Of a DNA stretch of 64,000 nt, positions 10,531 through 23,417 are shown one piece after another. The DNA lies in NCBI GenBank assembly GCA_965644315.1, contig CBFFRQ010000064.1:325863-389862 (forward strand). Reading direction: 5' to 3'. The translations under genes and the position numbers were made by a program. The notes beneath the pieces were generated by a model. The model made no database searches, had not been told where the DNA came from, and saw only the letters and a program-made list of their open reading frames with translations. How positions within the stretch are numbered: the stretch's first letter is position 1; every line of letters starts with the position of its first letter. This DNA comes from Caecitellus pseudoparvulus. Taxonomy: Eukaryota; Protista; Bigyra: Bicosoecida.

Positions 10531-13008
10531 ATGGCTTCCCCAGACCGAAGAGCGCCCGTGGCGCAGCAAAGAATTTCTGTCGCAATTGTCGGGGCCGGCT
10601 CGCGAGGCAAGGTACGGTGCGGTGCCTGCCCTTCATGCCGGTGCGGAGGAAGCACCCTTTGTTCTGAGCCCACAGACATACGCTCGCTATGGCTTGGAGC
10701 GCCCAGACCTCATGCAAGTTGTGTCTGTTGCCGAGCCCAGACCGTTCCACCGGGAGCTCATCTCCAAGCGGTGCGTGGGCTGCGCAAGGCAGTCAGCGTG
10801 GTGGGAGCAGCATCGCACAACGGGCGGCAAGCCTTCTGCGCAGATTCGGCATCCCGGACACCCTGGCTTTTGACGACTGGAAGGCTTTGGCTGCCAAAGA
10901 ACGTGTAGCTGACGCTGCCATTATCGCGACTCAAGACCACATGCACGTTGGCCCCTGCGTGGTGCGTGGCAAGGGTGGAAAGAGGCCCCAACTTCCGCAG
11001 CAACTTCCGCACTGGCGAGCAACACACCCCCTCCGCTCTGCAGGCTCTGGCGGACAAGGGATACCACATCCTACTGGAGAAGCCCATGGCTGTGACATCG
11101 CAAGACTGCAGGCGCATCGTTGAGGCTGTGAAGCGCAATGGCGTCATCCTCGCCGTTGGCCACGTGCTGCGGTACACGCCGTACATGCAGAAGATGAAGG
11201 AACTCATCGCCTCGGGGGTCATTGGGGAGGTGGTGAATGTGCAGCACCTGGAACCCATTGGGAACTGGCACTTTGCGCACTCCTACGTGCGCGGCTCCTG
11301 GCGCCGGGAGGATGAAAGCACCTTCATGCTCATGGCCAAGTGCTGCCACGATGTGGATTTGATCCGGTACATCATGGACAAGCCCTGCACTCGCGTGTCC
11401 TCCTTCGGCGCCCTCACCCACTTCAAACCTGAGAAGAAGCCGCCCGAGTCTGGCTCTGCCGTGCGCTGCCTGGACTGCCCCCTGCAGGACTCTTGTCCCT
11501 ACTCTGCCAAAACCATCTACCTACAGCGCGCCCAGAACGACTACTTTGCCTGGCCAGTGGCCATGCTGCTGGACGGCGAGCCGTCCGTCCCTGCAGTGGA
11601 GGCGGCCCTACGCACGGGGCCGTACGGCCGCTGTGTGTGGGCCTGCGACAATGACGTGGCGGACCACCAAGTGGTCAGCATGGAGTTTGAGGGGGGCGCC
11701 TCCGCCACCCTCACGACGACTGCCTTCACCGAAGCCATCTGCCAGCGCCGCACACGGGTGTTCGGGAGCCTGGGCGAGCTCAACGGGGACGGAGACAGCA
11801 CCATCCGGCACTTCGACTTCCGCACAGGCAAGGCCACCCTGCACGAGCTGCCTGGGGCACCGCCCGAAACAGGCATCACGGGGCACAATGGCGCAGACTA
11901 CTTCCTCATTGAGTCCTTCGTGAGGGCAGTGGCTACGCTGGACCCGACTGCCGTGCTCTCGGGCCCGGACGAAACCCTGGAGTCCCACCTCATCGTCTTC
12001 GCAGCTGAGGCGGCACGCCGTGCAGGCGTCGTCGTGTCAGTGCAGGACGTCCTCTCCGCCGGCATCGCGCCCGCTGTGGCCAGTGCGACTGCCGTTGCCG
12101 TGGGGGCCAAAGTCGCGGCGTCTGGCCAGGCCACGGCTGTCAGCCAAGCCCAGAGCGAGGCTGCCATCCACATCCCGCCCGTTGCCGGGTCTGCCGCACC
12201 CCTCTCTGCGCCCCACACGCTCACCCCGCCCCTGTCGGCCGCCTCGCCGCTCCTGGGCTCCAGCTGGGGCATGCCTGGCTTGCCTGGTACAGTGCCACCC
12301 GCCTCGTCGGGGGCGCCTTCCCTCCCCCCCGGCTCCACGGTGACGGCGCACATTGCCACTGCAAGTGGCGGGCAGCCGCCCGTGACCACTGAATCGGGCC
12401 ACAGCCTCGTCACGGTGACATCCTCAGCGCCCATGCGAGATGCTGAGGCCTTGCCAGGCGGTTTGGAGGACCAGGACGTTGTGTTGGAGGGGGATGCCTC
12501 GCAGCCCCTGGCTCAGGTGCCCCTTGTGCACGCCGCGGTGTCCAGCGAATCCGCGCGGGGGCTGGGCGCAGTGCCAGTGAGCATATCCACAACTCCCTCA
12601 GGCATGCGCAGCCCGACTGTAAACTCCCAGGCGCAGCTGCCTGCCGTGGCTGCGTCTGGGGGGGGTGCCTGGGCTGTGTCCTCCCCTCTCAGCGCGAGCC
12701 AGGGCTCCCCGCACATGCCTGCGGGTGTGCTGCCGGCGACCATTTCGGTCTCAATTTCTGCCCATGACGAACAGAAGCGCTCAGGCTTCTCACAGGGGCC
12801 AGCAGACACGGCAGGAGTTGCCATGGTGCCAGTCGCCGCTGCAGTGGGAAGCGTGCTGGGCGCCATCCACTCCGTCACCAGCGCGACACCGCGCGCCACG
12901 GCCGTGGGTGGGCCCTTTGCTCCATCTCACTCTGCCTCCATCCCGACAGGGGACGAAGGGGAGGACCTGCTGCTTGATAGCTCGGTAGGCAAGTCCACTG
13001 CTCCTTGA
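10531..13008 (+). CDS. Gfo/Idh/MocA-family NAD(P)-dependent oxidoreductase with long low-complexity C-terminal tail, 4 exons
   Basis: VAIVGAGSRG Rossmann motif, IATQDHMH, HILLEKPMA, VGHVLRY, AKCCHDVD, GHNGADY. Three GT-AG introns at the 5' end. Confidence 0.92.
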
Positions 13009-13049
13009 CCGGCAGGCGCTGGCTGTAGGCGGGGTAAATACACGTCAAA

Positions 13050-14192
13050 TCACTCCCACTGGGTCAATGGCAGGTGTCTCAACACCTCCCGGCGCTGGGC
13101 CTCAGTACACAGGCTGCCTTGGGTGCTGGCAGAGCCACGGCTGTCCACGCTCAGCAGGCACCGCAGCCCACCCTCGACACGTTGAGGTGGGTGTGGTGGG
13201 GAAGCCGTGGCGGCACTTGCCGCAGATGGTGAGCAGTGAGCCCCCTCGGCCCAAGCTGCAGGGAGCATGTCGTGCGAGCAACTTGATCCCTGACTGGCGT
13301 GGTGGGCAAGTATGGTGACGCCTGGGATAGTTTGAGTGCCCACATCGCAGCAGACGCCCTGCAGGGCAGGCCCACAACCTTGAGACACAACGGCTGTCCG
13401 TGCTTGCACGCCCACATGGCAGGGAGTGGCGCGGGCTTTCGCTGAAAAGTTGGGCTGCGAGAGGCAGAACTCTGGCTTTGGTTGCTGGTGCCTCGAAGCG
13501 TCTGCAGCTGGCGGCGCCTCACGACCTGCGCTGGCGTGTGGAGACTTGCTACCCCCATGAACAGGTGGCGTTCGTGCTGGCTCACCTGACCATGGTGACA
13601 GTGCAAAGCTCTGCCAGGATCCGGGAGAACTGGAGGCGGGGCTGGGCGCTCTGACTGGCAAGCACAGAGACGACTTCACCAGCGCAGCTGTGCCATTTCC
13701 ACTCCCGTTCCTCGCCAAGTCACCCATACCGCTCAGAGCAGACACCTCTGACCCTGGGGAGTTGCACTCGGCAGCATTGTCTGGCAGGCCTTGGCTCAGG
13801 AACGACGCAAGCTGGGGCACTCGGCTGTTGACAGAAGGAGACTGAGACGGCGCGCTGCCCAGCAGCCGCCCTTGCTGGTGAAGGCTGAAGGCCAAAGAGA
13901 CCTGCTAGCAAGGCGATACTCCGGAATATTCACGCGCGGGCTCCTCGGGCTGTGGCTGGGAGCCCTGCGCAACGATTTGGCAACGCACCAACACCGGCTT
14001 CCGCGAAGCACTCGTTCTAATGCCGCAGGCTGCGATGAGCCTTCTCAGCTCTGGGATAGAAAACGCATTGGAAATCGCATACTCTGTCAGCTGCTTGCCC
14101 AGCAGCCGCTCACGAAGCTGGCGCAGCTCCCAAGCCTCCCCTGACGATGCAAGCCCGCGGAGCATTCCTTGCCGCTGAGAGGCTGCAGCCAT
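13050..14192 (-). CDS. Hypothetical protein with SAP/HeH-like helix-extension-helix motif, 2 exons
   Basis: Phase-0 intron 13902-13988 joins ORFs 13905-14453 and 13050-13895 to give FSIPELRRLIAACGIRTSASRKPVL|VSLAFSL, followed by an S/P-rich tail. Confidence 0.55.
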
Positions 14193-14455
14193 GGCAGCAC
14201 TCCCAAGAAGAAAGTGGCAGTGAAAGCTTGGGAGCTGACTGAGTACCACAAGGAGGCGCGACACCGGTTGGGATGGGTGGATTTGCGGCGGAGCAGAAGC
14301 TGCCAGGCTGCCAGTTGTGCAGCGCAAGCAAGGCTGAGCAACGCCAGACACCCGACACAATCTGTGGCAGGAGTGACGGCCTGACACGGGAGCCCCTGGA
14401 TGGGAACCCAACTGGACTTTTGCCCTGCACTTCCAACCCGCCAGTGGAATCACTC

Positions 14456-15520
14456 ATGGCGTCTGAGCACTACCTTGCTGCTGGTGCTTCGCCGGCGTTT
14501 CCTCAAAGACGCCTGAGTGACCCAACCCGATACAAGACCCGCATGTGCCACTTCATCCTAAGGGGACACCCTTGCCCTGATGCGGACAGCTGCACGTTTG
14601 CACACCATGAAACAGAACTGCGGAAGGGCGTTGTTGCTGCGACGTTGGGCGGGCAAGGGGCCCATGGTGGTGCAGTTGGCAAGTCGAATCCAGCCCTTCG
14701 CAACCCCCGATTCAAGACGCGCATCTGCGTACACTGGGCGAAGAGCAATGGCAGGTGGTGTCCTCTTGGGGACCGCTGCAAGTTTGCGCACGGAGAGGTG
14801 CGTGGCCCAGTGTCTCCCAGCGCTGCCTGGTCCGCATGCCAGGCGTGCCCTCTCCCCTCTCCCAGGAAGAGCTGAGATGCGCATTCCCCACTTCAGACGA
14901 AGGAGTTGGAGCATTCCCTCCGACAGGCATAAACACAGGTGCGTGCGGCGATGAGAGCTCGGGCTGTGCACGGCCCACACACCTCACGTGGGCGAATGGC
15001 CACAGGACCCCAAGAAGGCAGCTCAGCTCAGATGGCGCCCTACAAGCCAGAATACTCAGCTGATACCATCCCAAGCTGGGTTGCTTGTCCAGCTCCGTGG
15101 CAATCGCAGCCGACACTTGATCCCATGGGCAAGCAACGCCCCTCCCTGGATGGTTTCACTATCCCCCCCCAGCATTGCCCCCCGCTGGCACAAGTGACCA
15201 TGAAACCGTGCACCACATTCGTCCCCCTTCCGCGCCGTGTCCCAGGCTCCCTCAAGATGGCTTCCATCTCCGCCCCACATGCACCGGTCACATCGCTCCC
15301 CGCCACGCTTGACGACAGCCCCTGGTCAACACCGACCGAGAGGTTAACAAGGAGCGGCACCGTGGACTCGGCCACATCGGATGAGAAGTCATCCTCCTCT
15401 GCGAGTCAAACAAGCTGGACGAATGCGGGCGCGTGCGAGCACCATGCACAAAGCGCGGCACAGCTGGCAGCCACCCTGCACAGCCTCGGCATTCCTCTTG
15501 AGGAGGGGGAGGACTTGTAG
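14456..15520 (+). CDS. Tandem CCCH zinc-finger RNA-binding protein (TTP/ZFP36-like), 3 exons
   Basis: RYKTRMC-x8-C-x5-C-x3-H and RFKTRIC-x10-C-x5-C-x3-HGE|EELR. Two GT-AG introns restore the frame. Confidence 0.88.
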
Positions 15521-16006
15521 CCTGCCACGGCCCCGTTCCAACCCCCCCCTTCAGCGTTTCTTCGTCAACTCAGCACTGTGCTCACTTGTGCGTCTCTGTC
15601 CCCTGTGGCCCCTATCGTGACATGTTCGCCGGCTCCACCTTGGGCAGGGACGGCTGTTGCCGCCCCTCTTGCCCCACAGTCAATTCACAGCCAGCAGCAG
15701 CTTCTTCTTTGTGGCACTGCTCTAGTTTTGCTTGCTGCAATGGCTCATTGAGCTGGGGGTCCCCACAGCTGCTTCACAGATGCACGAGTGCAGGGTGCTC
15801 TACGAGCCACGTGGCAGCGCAGTGCTCGAGCCGGGCCTCACCAAAAGCTCAAAACCAATCTGCTTGTTTCAATTGGCCGAGGACCCTTGCCCTGCTGAGT
15901 TGCACTGCCTGTTTCCCAGCCTGCAGTCCCAGCAGGACCGCGGCGCAGGCGGCAAGGTAGCTCGCGACTGGCTTGTGTGACTGGGGCGGCGTGATTGGGG
16001 CCTGTC

Positions 16007-17842
16007 ATGGCAGCGAAGCGCGGGAAAGTCAGCCGTGTCGCTTTAGTGACACGTGCGATGGCTGGGCTGCTTCTGATGTCTCTTGCCGGAAACTTATGGT
16101 TCATGGCCAGCACGGGGTGCACCACAGCCTTGCAGGTGCGGCGAGGTGCGGTGTCGCGCTCAGCATGCAATCACACCACAGTCCTGCCAACCCCAACCAC
16201 AGACTCTCGAGGCGGAAGTCTCGAAACTGCGAGCTGCGCAGACGCGGGACACGCAGAACGTACGTACCTCTGGGTCTTCGCGTGGAGTTTCATGCTCGTT
16301 TCACAGGCTGCAGCTTTCTTCGCAGGATGCCGTCGGCAGCCCAAAACAGCGCACCGCAGGCCAGGACTCCCCTGCACACGAACCAGTGCACGATTTGAAT
16401 CCTCATGGCCCGCTCACAGCACAGCCTCCCCCGTCGCCCTGGGACGAGGCGCCTGCTTCAGCTGGCCTGCGAGGCAAGCAGCCAGTCACCGCCCCTCCGT
16501 CCGTCTCCAACGAGCCAGCGCCTGCTGTCGCGACTGGCATGGAGGCCTTCACTTTGCTCATCATTTGCTACAATCGCCCGGAGTATTTGCGCCGCACCCT
16601 TCGTGGCATTGGTGCTGCCTGGCCTACAACGGGCACTGGCCCTCACATCCTGCTCTCGCAAGACGGCAACGACCCAGGTGTCTCAGCAGTGGCAGCCCAG
16701 GGCGCTGCGCTGGTGCAGGAAGGGCAGGCAGCACAGGCCTCACAGGCCCCTATCACATACCAACACGTGCAGCACCAGCAGACCCGCGCGCCTGGTGACG
16801 ACCCTTCCGGGTACTCGGCTCTGGCCAGGCATTTCGGCTGGGCGATCTCGGAGGCTTTCAAGCGCCCTGAAGCTCAGTACGTCATCATCGTGGAGGACGA
16901 CTTGGAGGTTGCTGTGGATTTCTTCGGCTACTTTGCCGCCGTCGCCCCCGTCCTGCGTGCTGACCCCACTCTGCTAGCGGCTTCAGCATACAACGACATG
17001 GGCCAGAGGAGCTTCGTCGGCAACCCTGCGCGAGTGCTGCGTTCTGACTTCTTCCCAGGGCTGGGGTGGATGTTGACCCGGCATGTCTGGGCTGAGTTGG
17101 GCCCGAAGTGGCCGTCTGGGTATTGGGATGACTGGCTCAGGGAGCCCCCGCAACGGCAGGGTGAGTTGGCGCTGGGGCGTGACTGCCACACACGCACGCC
17201 CCCGCACACGGCAGCTCACACACCCACCATCGCACAGGCCGGCAAGTTCTGCACCCTGAAGTCAGCCGCACGCGCACGTTTGGGGAGAAGGGCGTGTCTC
17301 GGGCGCAGTTCTTTCACAAGTACCTAGGCAACATCCACCTCAACAGCGCCAAGGTGGACTGGCCGAGCCAGGACCTTCGCTACCTCCAGAAGCAGTCATG
17401 GGACGCTAGCCTCAAGCAGCTCGTCGCAGCTGCGAAAGTCGAGTCCAGCGCCCAGGCCCTGCTTGCTGCAACATGCCCTGCTGACGACCTGGGGCCGGTT
17501 TTGCAGGGCGACAGCCCGGCGACGTGGAGTGGCTGGCTCCCCCCGTCCACACTTCGGGATGCGGCGGCCCTGTCCAGCAGAGTCTTGAAGGTGGAGTACT
17601 CTGGCTTCAACGGGCCCCGTGGATACGAGTCCCTCGCTCAGGTACGTCTGCAGCTGCCCAGTCGGCTGCACCTGCGCCACTCGCAGCCCCACATGCTCTG
17701 CTCACAGCAAATCGGAGTGATATCGGATGTCAAGGCCCGTGTTCCACGCACCGCATACAAAGGTGTGGTGGCCCTTCGTCACAACTCCTGCATCAAGCTG
17801 CTGGTGCCAGCCCAGTGGAGCATTGACTTTGACTCTCAGTGA
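16007..17842 (+). CDS. MGAT1: Alpha-1,3-mannosyl-glycoprotein 2-beta-N-acetylglucosaminyltransferase (GnT-I, GT13)
   Basis: N-terminal TM anchor, CYNRPEYL, SQDG, ARHFGWA, IIVEDDL, RSDFFPGLGWM, YWDDWLR, PRTAYKGVV. Several short introns. Confidence 0.95.
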
Positions 17843-18147
17843 AGAGCAGTCGGGAACAATACGCCGCTGCTGAAGTGGAGTGGGTGCTGCGGAGTTTCAG
17901 ACTCCGACCGCAAAGCGCATGCCAGGGACACTTTTTGCGTGCTCTCTTCAACCAATTTCAGCGCAATATACTGTTGGGTGCTCCCCTTTCACTTCATGCC
18001 CCAGGCCTTGCGCCGCGACCACTGGCAAGCCCCAGTGGGCTCTCTCACGGTGCCGGCACTTCACTTCCCCCAGACGAGCGTGAAACGCTGCTCTTAAGCT
18101 GCCGCTTGTCGGCTGCCAGTGCCGCGAGTGGCAACGCTCAGGGCAGC

Positions 18148-19068
18148 ATGGAGGCCAAAAATATATCCAGTGAGCAAGGGCGTCCGAAAAGCAGCGCTGA
18201 ACGTGCCGAACACAGGTGAGGGCCTGGTGCTCAGCTGATGTGCTTGATGTGTGCGGCGACAACACCTTCACTGCTTGGGCACGCCTCGGCACGGCGCAGG
18301 CGCTATTTGAATCGCATCAACCAAAGGAAGTCGCGGGCGAGGAGGAAGGCCAGGAAGCTGCAACTTGAGCAGCAGCAGACCTGGTTGAAACACCAGTTGT
18401 TCAACATGCGGGGGAGGCTGGCTGAAATGGACGCGGAGCTGTTCTCCGAGGCTCAAGTGGACACGATGCTTGCCCAAGGAGGAGCCCCTGCCCTGCTGCA
18501 CGTGCCCGCGGTGCAGGCACAGCTAGCATCGGTGCAAAGCATGTACAAGGCTGGGCCCGTCGCAGCCCCTGTCCTGGCAGCATGTGAGCCGCCTTCCCTG
18601 CCAGCTGGCCACTCAGCCCCAGCCAAGCCCCTCGTGCAGCATGGCAGTTTCACAGCCGCGAGCGCCACCCAGGCGGCTGCCGCCCAGACACAGAAAGACG
18701 CACGATCAACCATCGACTCCTTGAGTGGCAGCTGGGGGCAGGCTGGCCTGCCCTTCAAGGCACCTGCGCCCCTTCCACCCCCCTCCCACACCGGCAGCAG
18801 GGGAGCCGGGCTCAGTGACTACTCCGCTGGCTCCCTGCCTTTCCTGCATTCCCAGACCGTGCCGACCTTCCCGCCCATGTCAGGGTACTCTCTGGGCTCT
18901 GAAGATGACACTTCCGGTGCCTGGTCAGGCCCGCCCCTGCAAGGCTTAGCTGGCCAGCTGCCGAGCCAGCTGGCAGATGCCTCAGACCACTTGGGTGACA
19001 CAGGGGACCTGGGCCGTGGGTTCCTCGCCATGCCCGTGGACGATACATCGTCTTCCCTCGTCCAGTAG
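18148..19068 (+). CDS. bZIP-type transcription factor, 2 exons
   Basis: Basic region RRYLNRINQRKSRARRK (N-x7-R) followed by a leucine heptad LEQQQTWLKHQLFNMRGRL. Intron about 18216-18299. Confidence 0.75.
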
Positions 19069-19096
19069 CGCTCCACTGCCGAATGCATTGCCAGCT

Positions 19097-20164
19097 CTAC
19101 CGCCTTGCAACAGTGGCCCAGCTTGGCTTGCTCCCCCCTGTGCTGGTGGGCAAGCCTCCCGCGGTCTCAGAAGGCACAGCTGTGGGTTGGGGCTGGGGCA
19201 CAGTCTCCTGGTCAGCACTTGTGGTAGGGGTGCTTGGAGCAGCGTTGCTGGTCGCTGGGGCTGTGGCTTGCGCAGCCGAACCCTTGGAGGGGGCGTCAGA
19301 GGACGCTGGTGCGGGTGCCGGCGCCGGCTTGGTCGGCGCCCGAGCCACAATGGCAGCCCAGCCAGTTGGAGCCTTGCTGGTTCCCTTTGGGGTGCCCTCT
19401 GAGTCCGAGTCAGGCGCAGGCGGGGGCACAAACGCTGAAGGCGCCGGCGCCACTGGAGCAGGGACCCTTGAAGCCACTTGCAATCGGGGCTGTGCAGACG
19501 GCGTTGCCTGGCGGCGCGCTGCAGAGGGCTGCCTCGCACCCGCAGGCTCTGGGGATACGAAGGGTGTGTCTGGGATGGAACGGTTCGCTGCCGTGTTCAT
19601 GCTTGTGGGTGCTGCAGGCGTGGACGCCACACCGTCGGGCACCTGTGCAGGGAGCAGCGGATCCAAGTTGCGTCAGATGGGCATGGCATTTCGGCATGTG
19701 ACACTGCGTACCTTGGAGACCTTTGAGAACTGCTTCAGGCGCAGCAAAATGGGGTCCTCGGCCCTGCGCGGGCCACGCTGCCGAGAGTCCTTGACAACGT
19801 CCACTGTGGCATTCCGCACCACGACTGCGGAGCCGACAGCCTGCAAGGCGTCCACGTGAACTCCAGACCCTTGCAGGCGAATGCAAGCTGTGCTGTCCCC
19901 GATGTACACGTCAATGTCGCGATAGTACTCTCCATCCATGCCAGTGTGTTCGAGCAGCGAGATGACCCTGAGCACCTTTGCCACGACATTCACGCCATGC
20001 CTAAACTTCATGCTCAGCTCTGCAATGGATGAGTACCGAGCAGGCTGGACGCTCTCGATGCAAACACTGCCATCAGCAGCAGCGTCAGGCAGAGGCTCTG
20101 CGCTGACAGTCCCCCCTGCAGCCTCACTGCCTTGGCGTGGTGTGGCTTCGGTTGTGCTGGCCAT
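19097..20164 (-). CDS. OB-fold nucleic-acid-binding protein (SSB/SOSS-B/At4g28440-like) with P/A-rich tail
   Basis: GVNVVAKVL...VYIGDSTACIRL...VVVRNATVDV...LRLKQFSKV OB-fold pattern. Intron GTACGC...GCACAG joins the disordered tail, which ends SWATVARR. Confidence 0.72.
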
Positions 20165-20296
20165 GCTTGACCCTGGTGTGCGCCGCTGCAGCACCACGAC
20201 GATGCAGTGGCAATCGGCAGCATGCACATCACACCTTCTGTGGTGGCTGGACACGCGCGGTGCATTGTTTTGGGTGCAAGGCCTGATTGGAAAGGC

Positions 20297-23098
20297 TCAC
20301 AAGCCCCCCGGTAGGCCTCGCACAGCGCCAGTGTGCACCTGCTGTGCGGAACCAGCCGGAGTATACTGCACACGCACCTTGAGGGCCAAGGCCTTGGTGC
20401 CACGCTGGGGGTTGGAAATGACCATGCTTTGGGAAGCTGTGCCGCCTGGCGCCAGCGTGCCGCCTGCTGCAGGGCCCATCTTACAAGTCATGCCCCGCGG
20501 CACAGCCACCTGCAGCACCACACCCGTCATGGGGAGCTGGCTGGTGTTGTAGAAGGTGGCGTTGGCTTCCACCTCGGGCCCGCCCTTGGCTCCCAGCTCT
20601 GTGAAGGTGGCAGTCACCCGCAGGCCTGCTGCGGCGTCTTCCATGAGGGTCACTGGGCCATACGCTGCGGCCGCCTCTGCCTGCGGTGGCGCAGGGGGGG
20701 CTGCAGCGGGGGCCCTGCCAAACAAATCGTCCAGGCCCCCATCCATGACAGGCGGACTTGGTACAGTCGCTGGGGCTGGAGCAGGGGTGGCTGCAGTGGG
20801 CGTCGGCCCGAACAAGTCGTCCAGGTCCTCAGAGGCAGCAGGGGACGCCGTGGGCAGGCCAGGGCTAGGCGTCGCGACGCCACCTCCCCCCATGCCCAGC
20901 AGATCAAACAGGTCATCTTCGACGGTGGCTGCCGTCGGCTGCTCCGGCCCACCAGCAGCCGACGCCGCTGCCGCGGCAGCTGCGGCTGTCGCCTCCACGT
21001 CACCCTTAGAGGCTGCTGCTGTGTCCATGGTGGCCATGCCTGCAGTGCTGGAATCAAACACGATGCCAGATCGTGCCGCCAGCATGGCGCTGTCCAGTGC
21101 AGGAATGCGCGCCACCAGCGAAGTGTGCAGCGAGGCAGGCAGCAGGCTCGCGTCCGCGATGCAGCTGAACTCCACAGCGCGCTGCTGAAGCTCCGTGTTC
21201 AAGGAGCCCCGCAAGGCGTGCAGCGTCTCCCGCAGGAGGCCGGCCGCCTCCGCCTCTGTGAAGTGGGGGGTCAGCTTGAGGGCTGCTGACAGCACCATGC
21301 CCTTGGTGTCCACGTCAGCCATGTGGTGCTCCAGCAACCCCTTCAGCAGGCCCGCCACCTCCACCTGGGTGTGGGCAGAGACGCCCCCTCCGATGAGGGC
21401 GTCTACCATGTCTGCACCACTGGTGAGTGCGTCTTCGGTGCTGGCTGGTGGCTCTGACAGCAGCATGCGCCCACACTCGCCGGCACACCACACGGTGGCC
21501 TGCAGCAGGCTCAAGCGCAAGTCTGGGGAGCGCAGGTCTGCCTGCGTCTTGGCGAAGAGGCGGTGGGCGATGCGAGCCTGCAGGTCTGCTTCTGCCACAG
21601 TCACCAGGTGGATGAACTGGGCGAAGATAGCCCGGTTTGCGACATCCCCCGCCAGGGCCAGCACTGCCACCAGGACGTTTGCCTGCCACTCCAGGCTGGG
21701 GGAGAAGCGCGACGCCGTCACGGCGATCTTGGAACACAGGTCCCCTCGGGACTCGGCGTCTGCGACGATGAGGTAGTTGAGCATCTCCCCCACCATGGTG
21801 GTCACGTTGTCCTTGTCAACCAGGGACACCACCAGGTCCAAGGCGCGGCGGCGGATAGACACGTCCGGGTCACGCAGGCACTCCACCACCGTCGGCGTGT
21901 GTTCCGCGACGTGCTCCCGCTCACGGTCCACCACCGTGTTCAGAGTCTGCAGGGCGACGTAGCGGATGTTGTTGTCCTTGTGCAGCAGGAAGCGGCCCAG
22001 GATGTTCACACTGAGCACGCGCAGGGAGGGGTCCCCCTCCACAGCCAGCATGGTGCGCACAGCTTCGTACAGAATGGCGTTGCCAGCATTGCGCGCGACG
22101 GGCGTCCCGGTCGCCACCGTGGCCAGGATGTCCGACATGGCGTCAGAGGCCTCCTCGTTGCCCTGCCCCAGCTGCCGCAGCAGGCTCAAGATCTTGGCCT
22201 GCAGGAAGGGGTCCGTCACGCCCCCAATGGTGTATTCCCCAGCGAAGGATGCGCTGGCCAGCTTGCGCAGGATCTTGCACAGGGCTGGCACCAGCCGCGC
22301 GAATTTCTTCGAGTAAGACGGGCGGAGGTGCAGCAGGTGCCCGATGACGGTCACGCCCGTCAGTAGCACACTGTGGGAGCCGTCTGTGAGCAGCTGGATG
22401 ATGCGTGGGACGAGGGAGGTGGCCAGGTCTGGCGCGCGGTGCAGAATGCGGATGGTGGCAAGGGCAGCCTTCTTGCGAATGTACGGGTTCTTGGACTTAA
22501 GGCAGCCCTCGACGCCAGGAACGAGGTCGCGGCACATGTCTTCCGAGCCGATGTTGCCCAGGGACGACAGCGCCAGGCCGGCGATGAGGGGGTCTTGGGA
22601 CCTCAGATCCCTACGAAGGGGGGGGTGCTTGGGCTCGTGCTGCCGGGGCCCACCGCACGCAGTGGCGAGTCAGGGCGGCTCACCTGTCGATGGAGTTGGT
22701 GACTAGAGTGAGGACTTCCTGCCGCTCGTCCAGCAAGAGCATCAGAGCCTGCAGTGTGGGGGCGTGCCGCGTAAAGCCAAGCTCTCGCAGAGCACAGCAC
22801 ACCAGTGCCTTGCGATGCACTGCACCGGCCCAGGCACACGCACCAGGTACCCAATGCGTTTCTCTGCATAGCTGCGGGCTGCAATCAACTTCACGCATTC
22901 CATCTGCCCAAAGTGCGTGGGGTACCCCAGCATGTGCACGTAAAGCAGCTTGGCCACGTTGCGATGGCGGTATCGGCTCCTTTCATCCTTGATGGCTGTG
23001 CGGATGAGCGCCAACTCCTTCTGGATGGCCCCTCGCTCATCGGCAGCAGTCTTGGTTGCCCGCACATTCCGGATCAACTCTCGGAGCGGGATAGTCAT
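20297..23098 (-). CDS. AP1G1: AP-1 complex gamma adaptin
   Basis: [67 protein letters not shown], acidic hinge and GAE ear (LQVAVPR). Two introns. Confidence 0.97.
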
Positions 23099-23417
23099 GC
23101 TGCCTGGTGGTGGCAGCTGCGAAGGCCGGCGTGGCAGGAGCAGTCCAACTTCCGCTATCAGGAGGCCGCCTTGGCGAAGCGTGGAATCACAGACGAAGAG
23201 CGCAGCCCATGAGGCCTGCAAGGCAATGATGGCGGCATGGTTTGGGGTTCCCTGCCAGGTGTATGCGTGCCCTTTGTTTCGCTAGCCTTGAAACCCCCCC
23301 CCTGCGCGGCGCTGTCGCCATGTGGAGCGCGGCGCTCAACACAGGCTTCGCACCAAACCCCTGATGGCCCACCCACCTGGCACGCAAGTGTGCCTTGTTT
23401 CCACCGGCCCTTGAACG

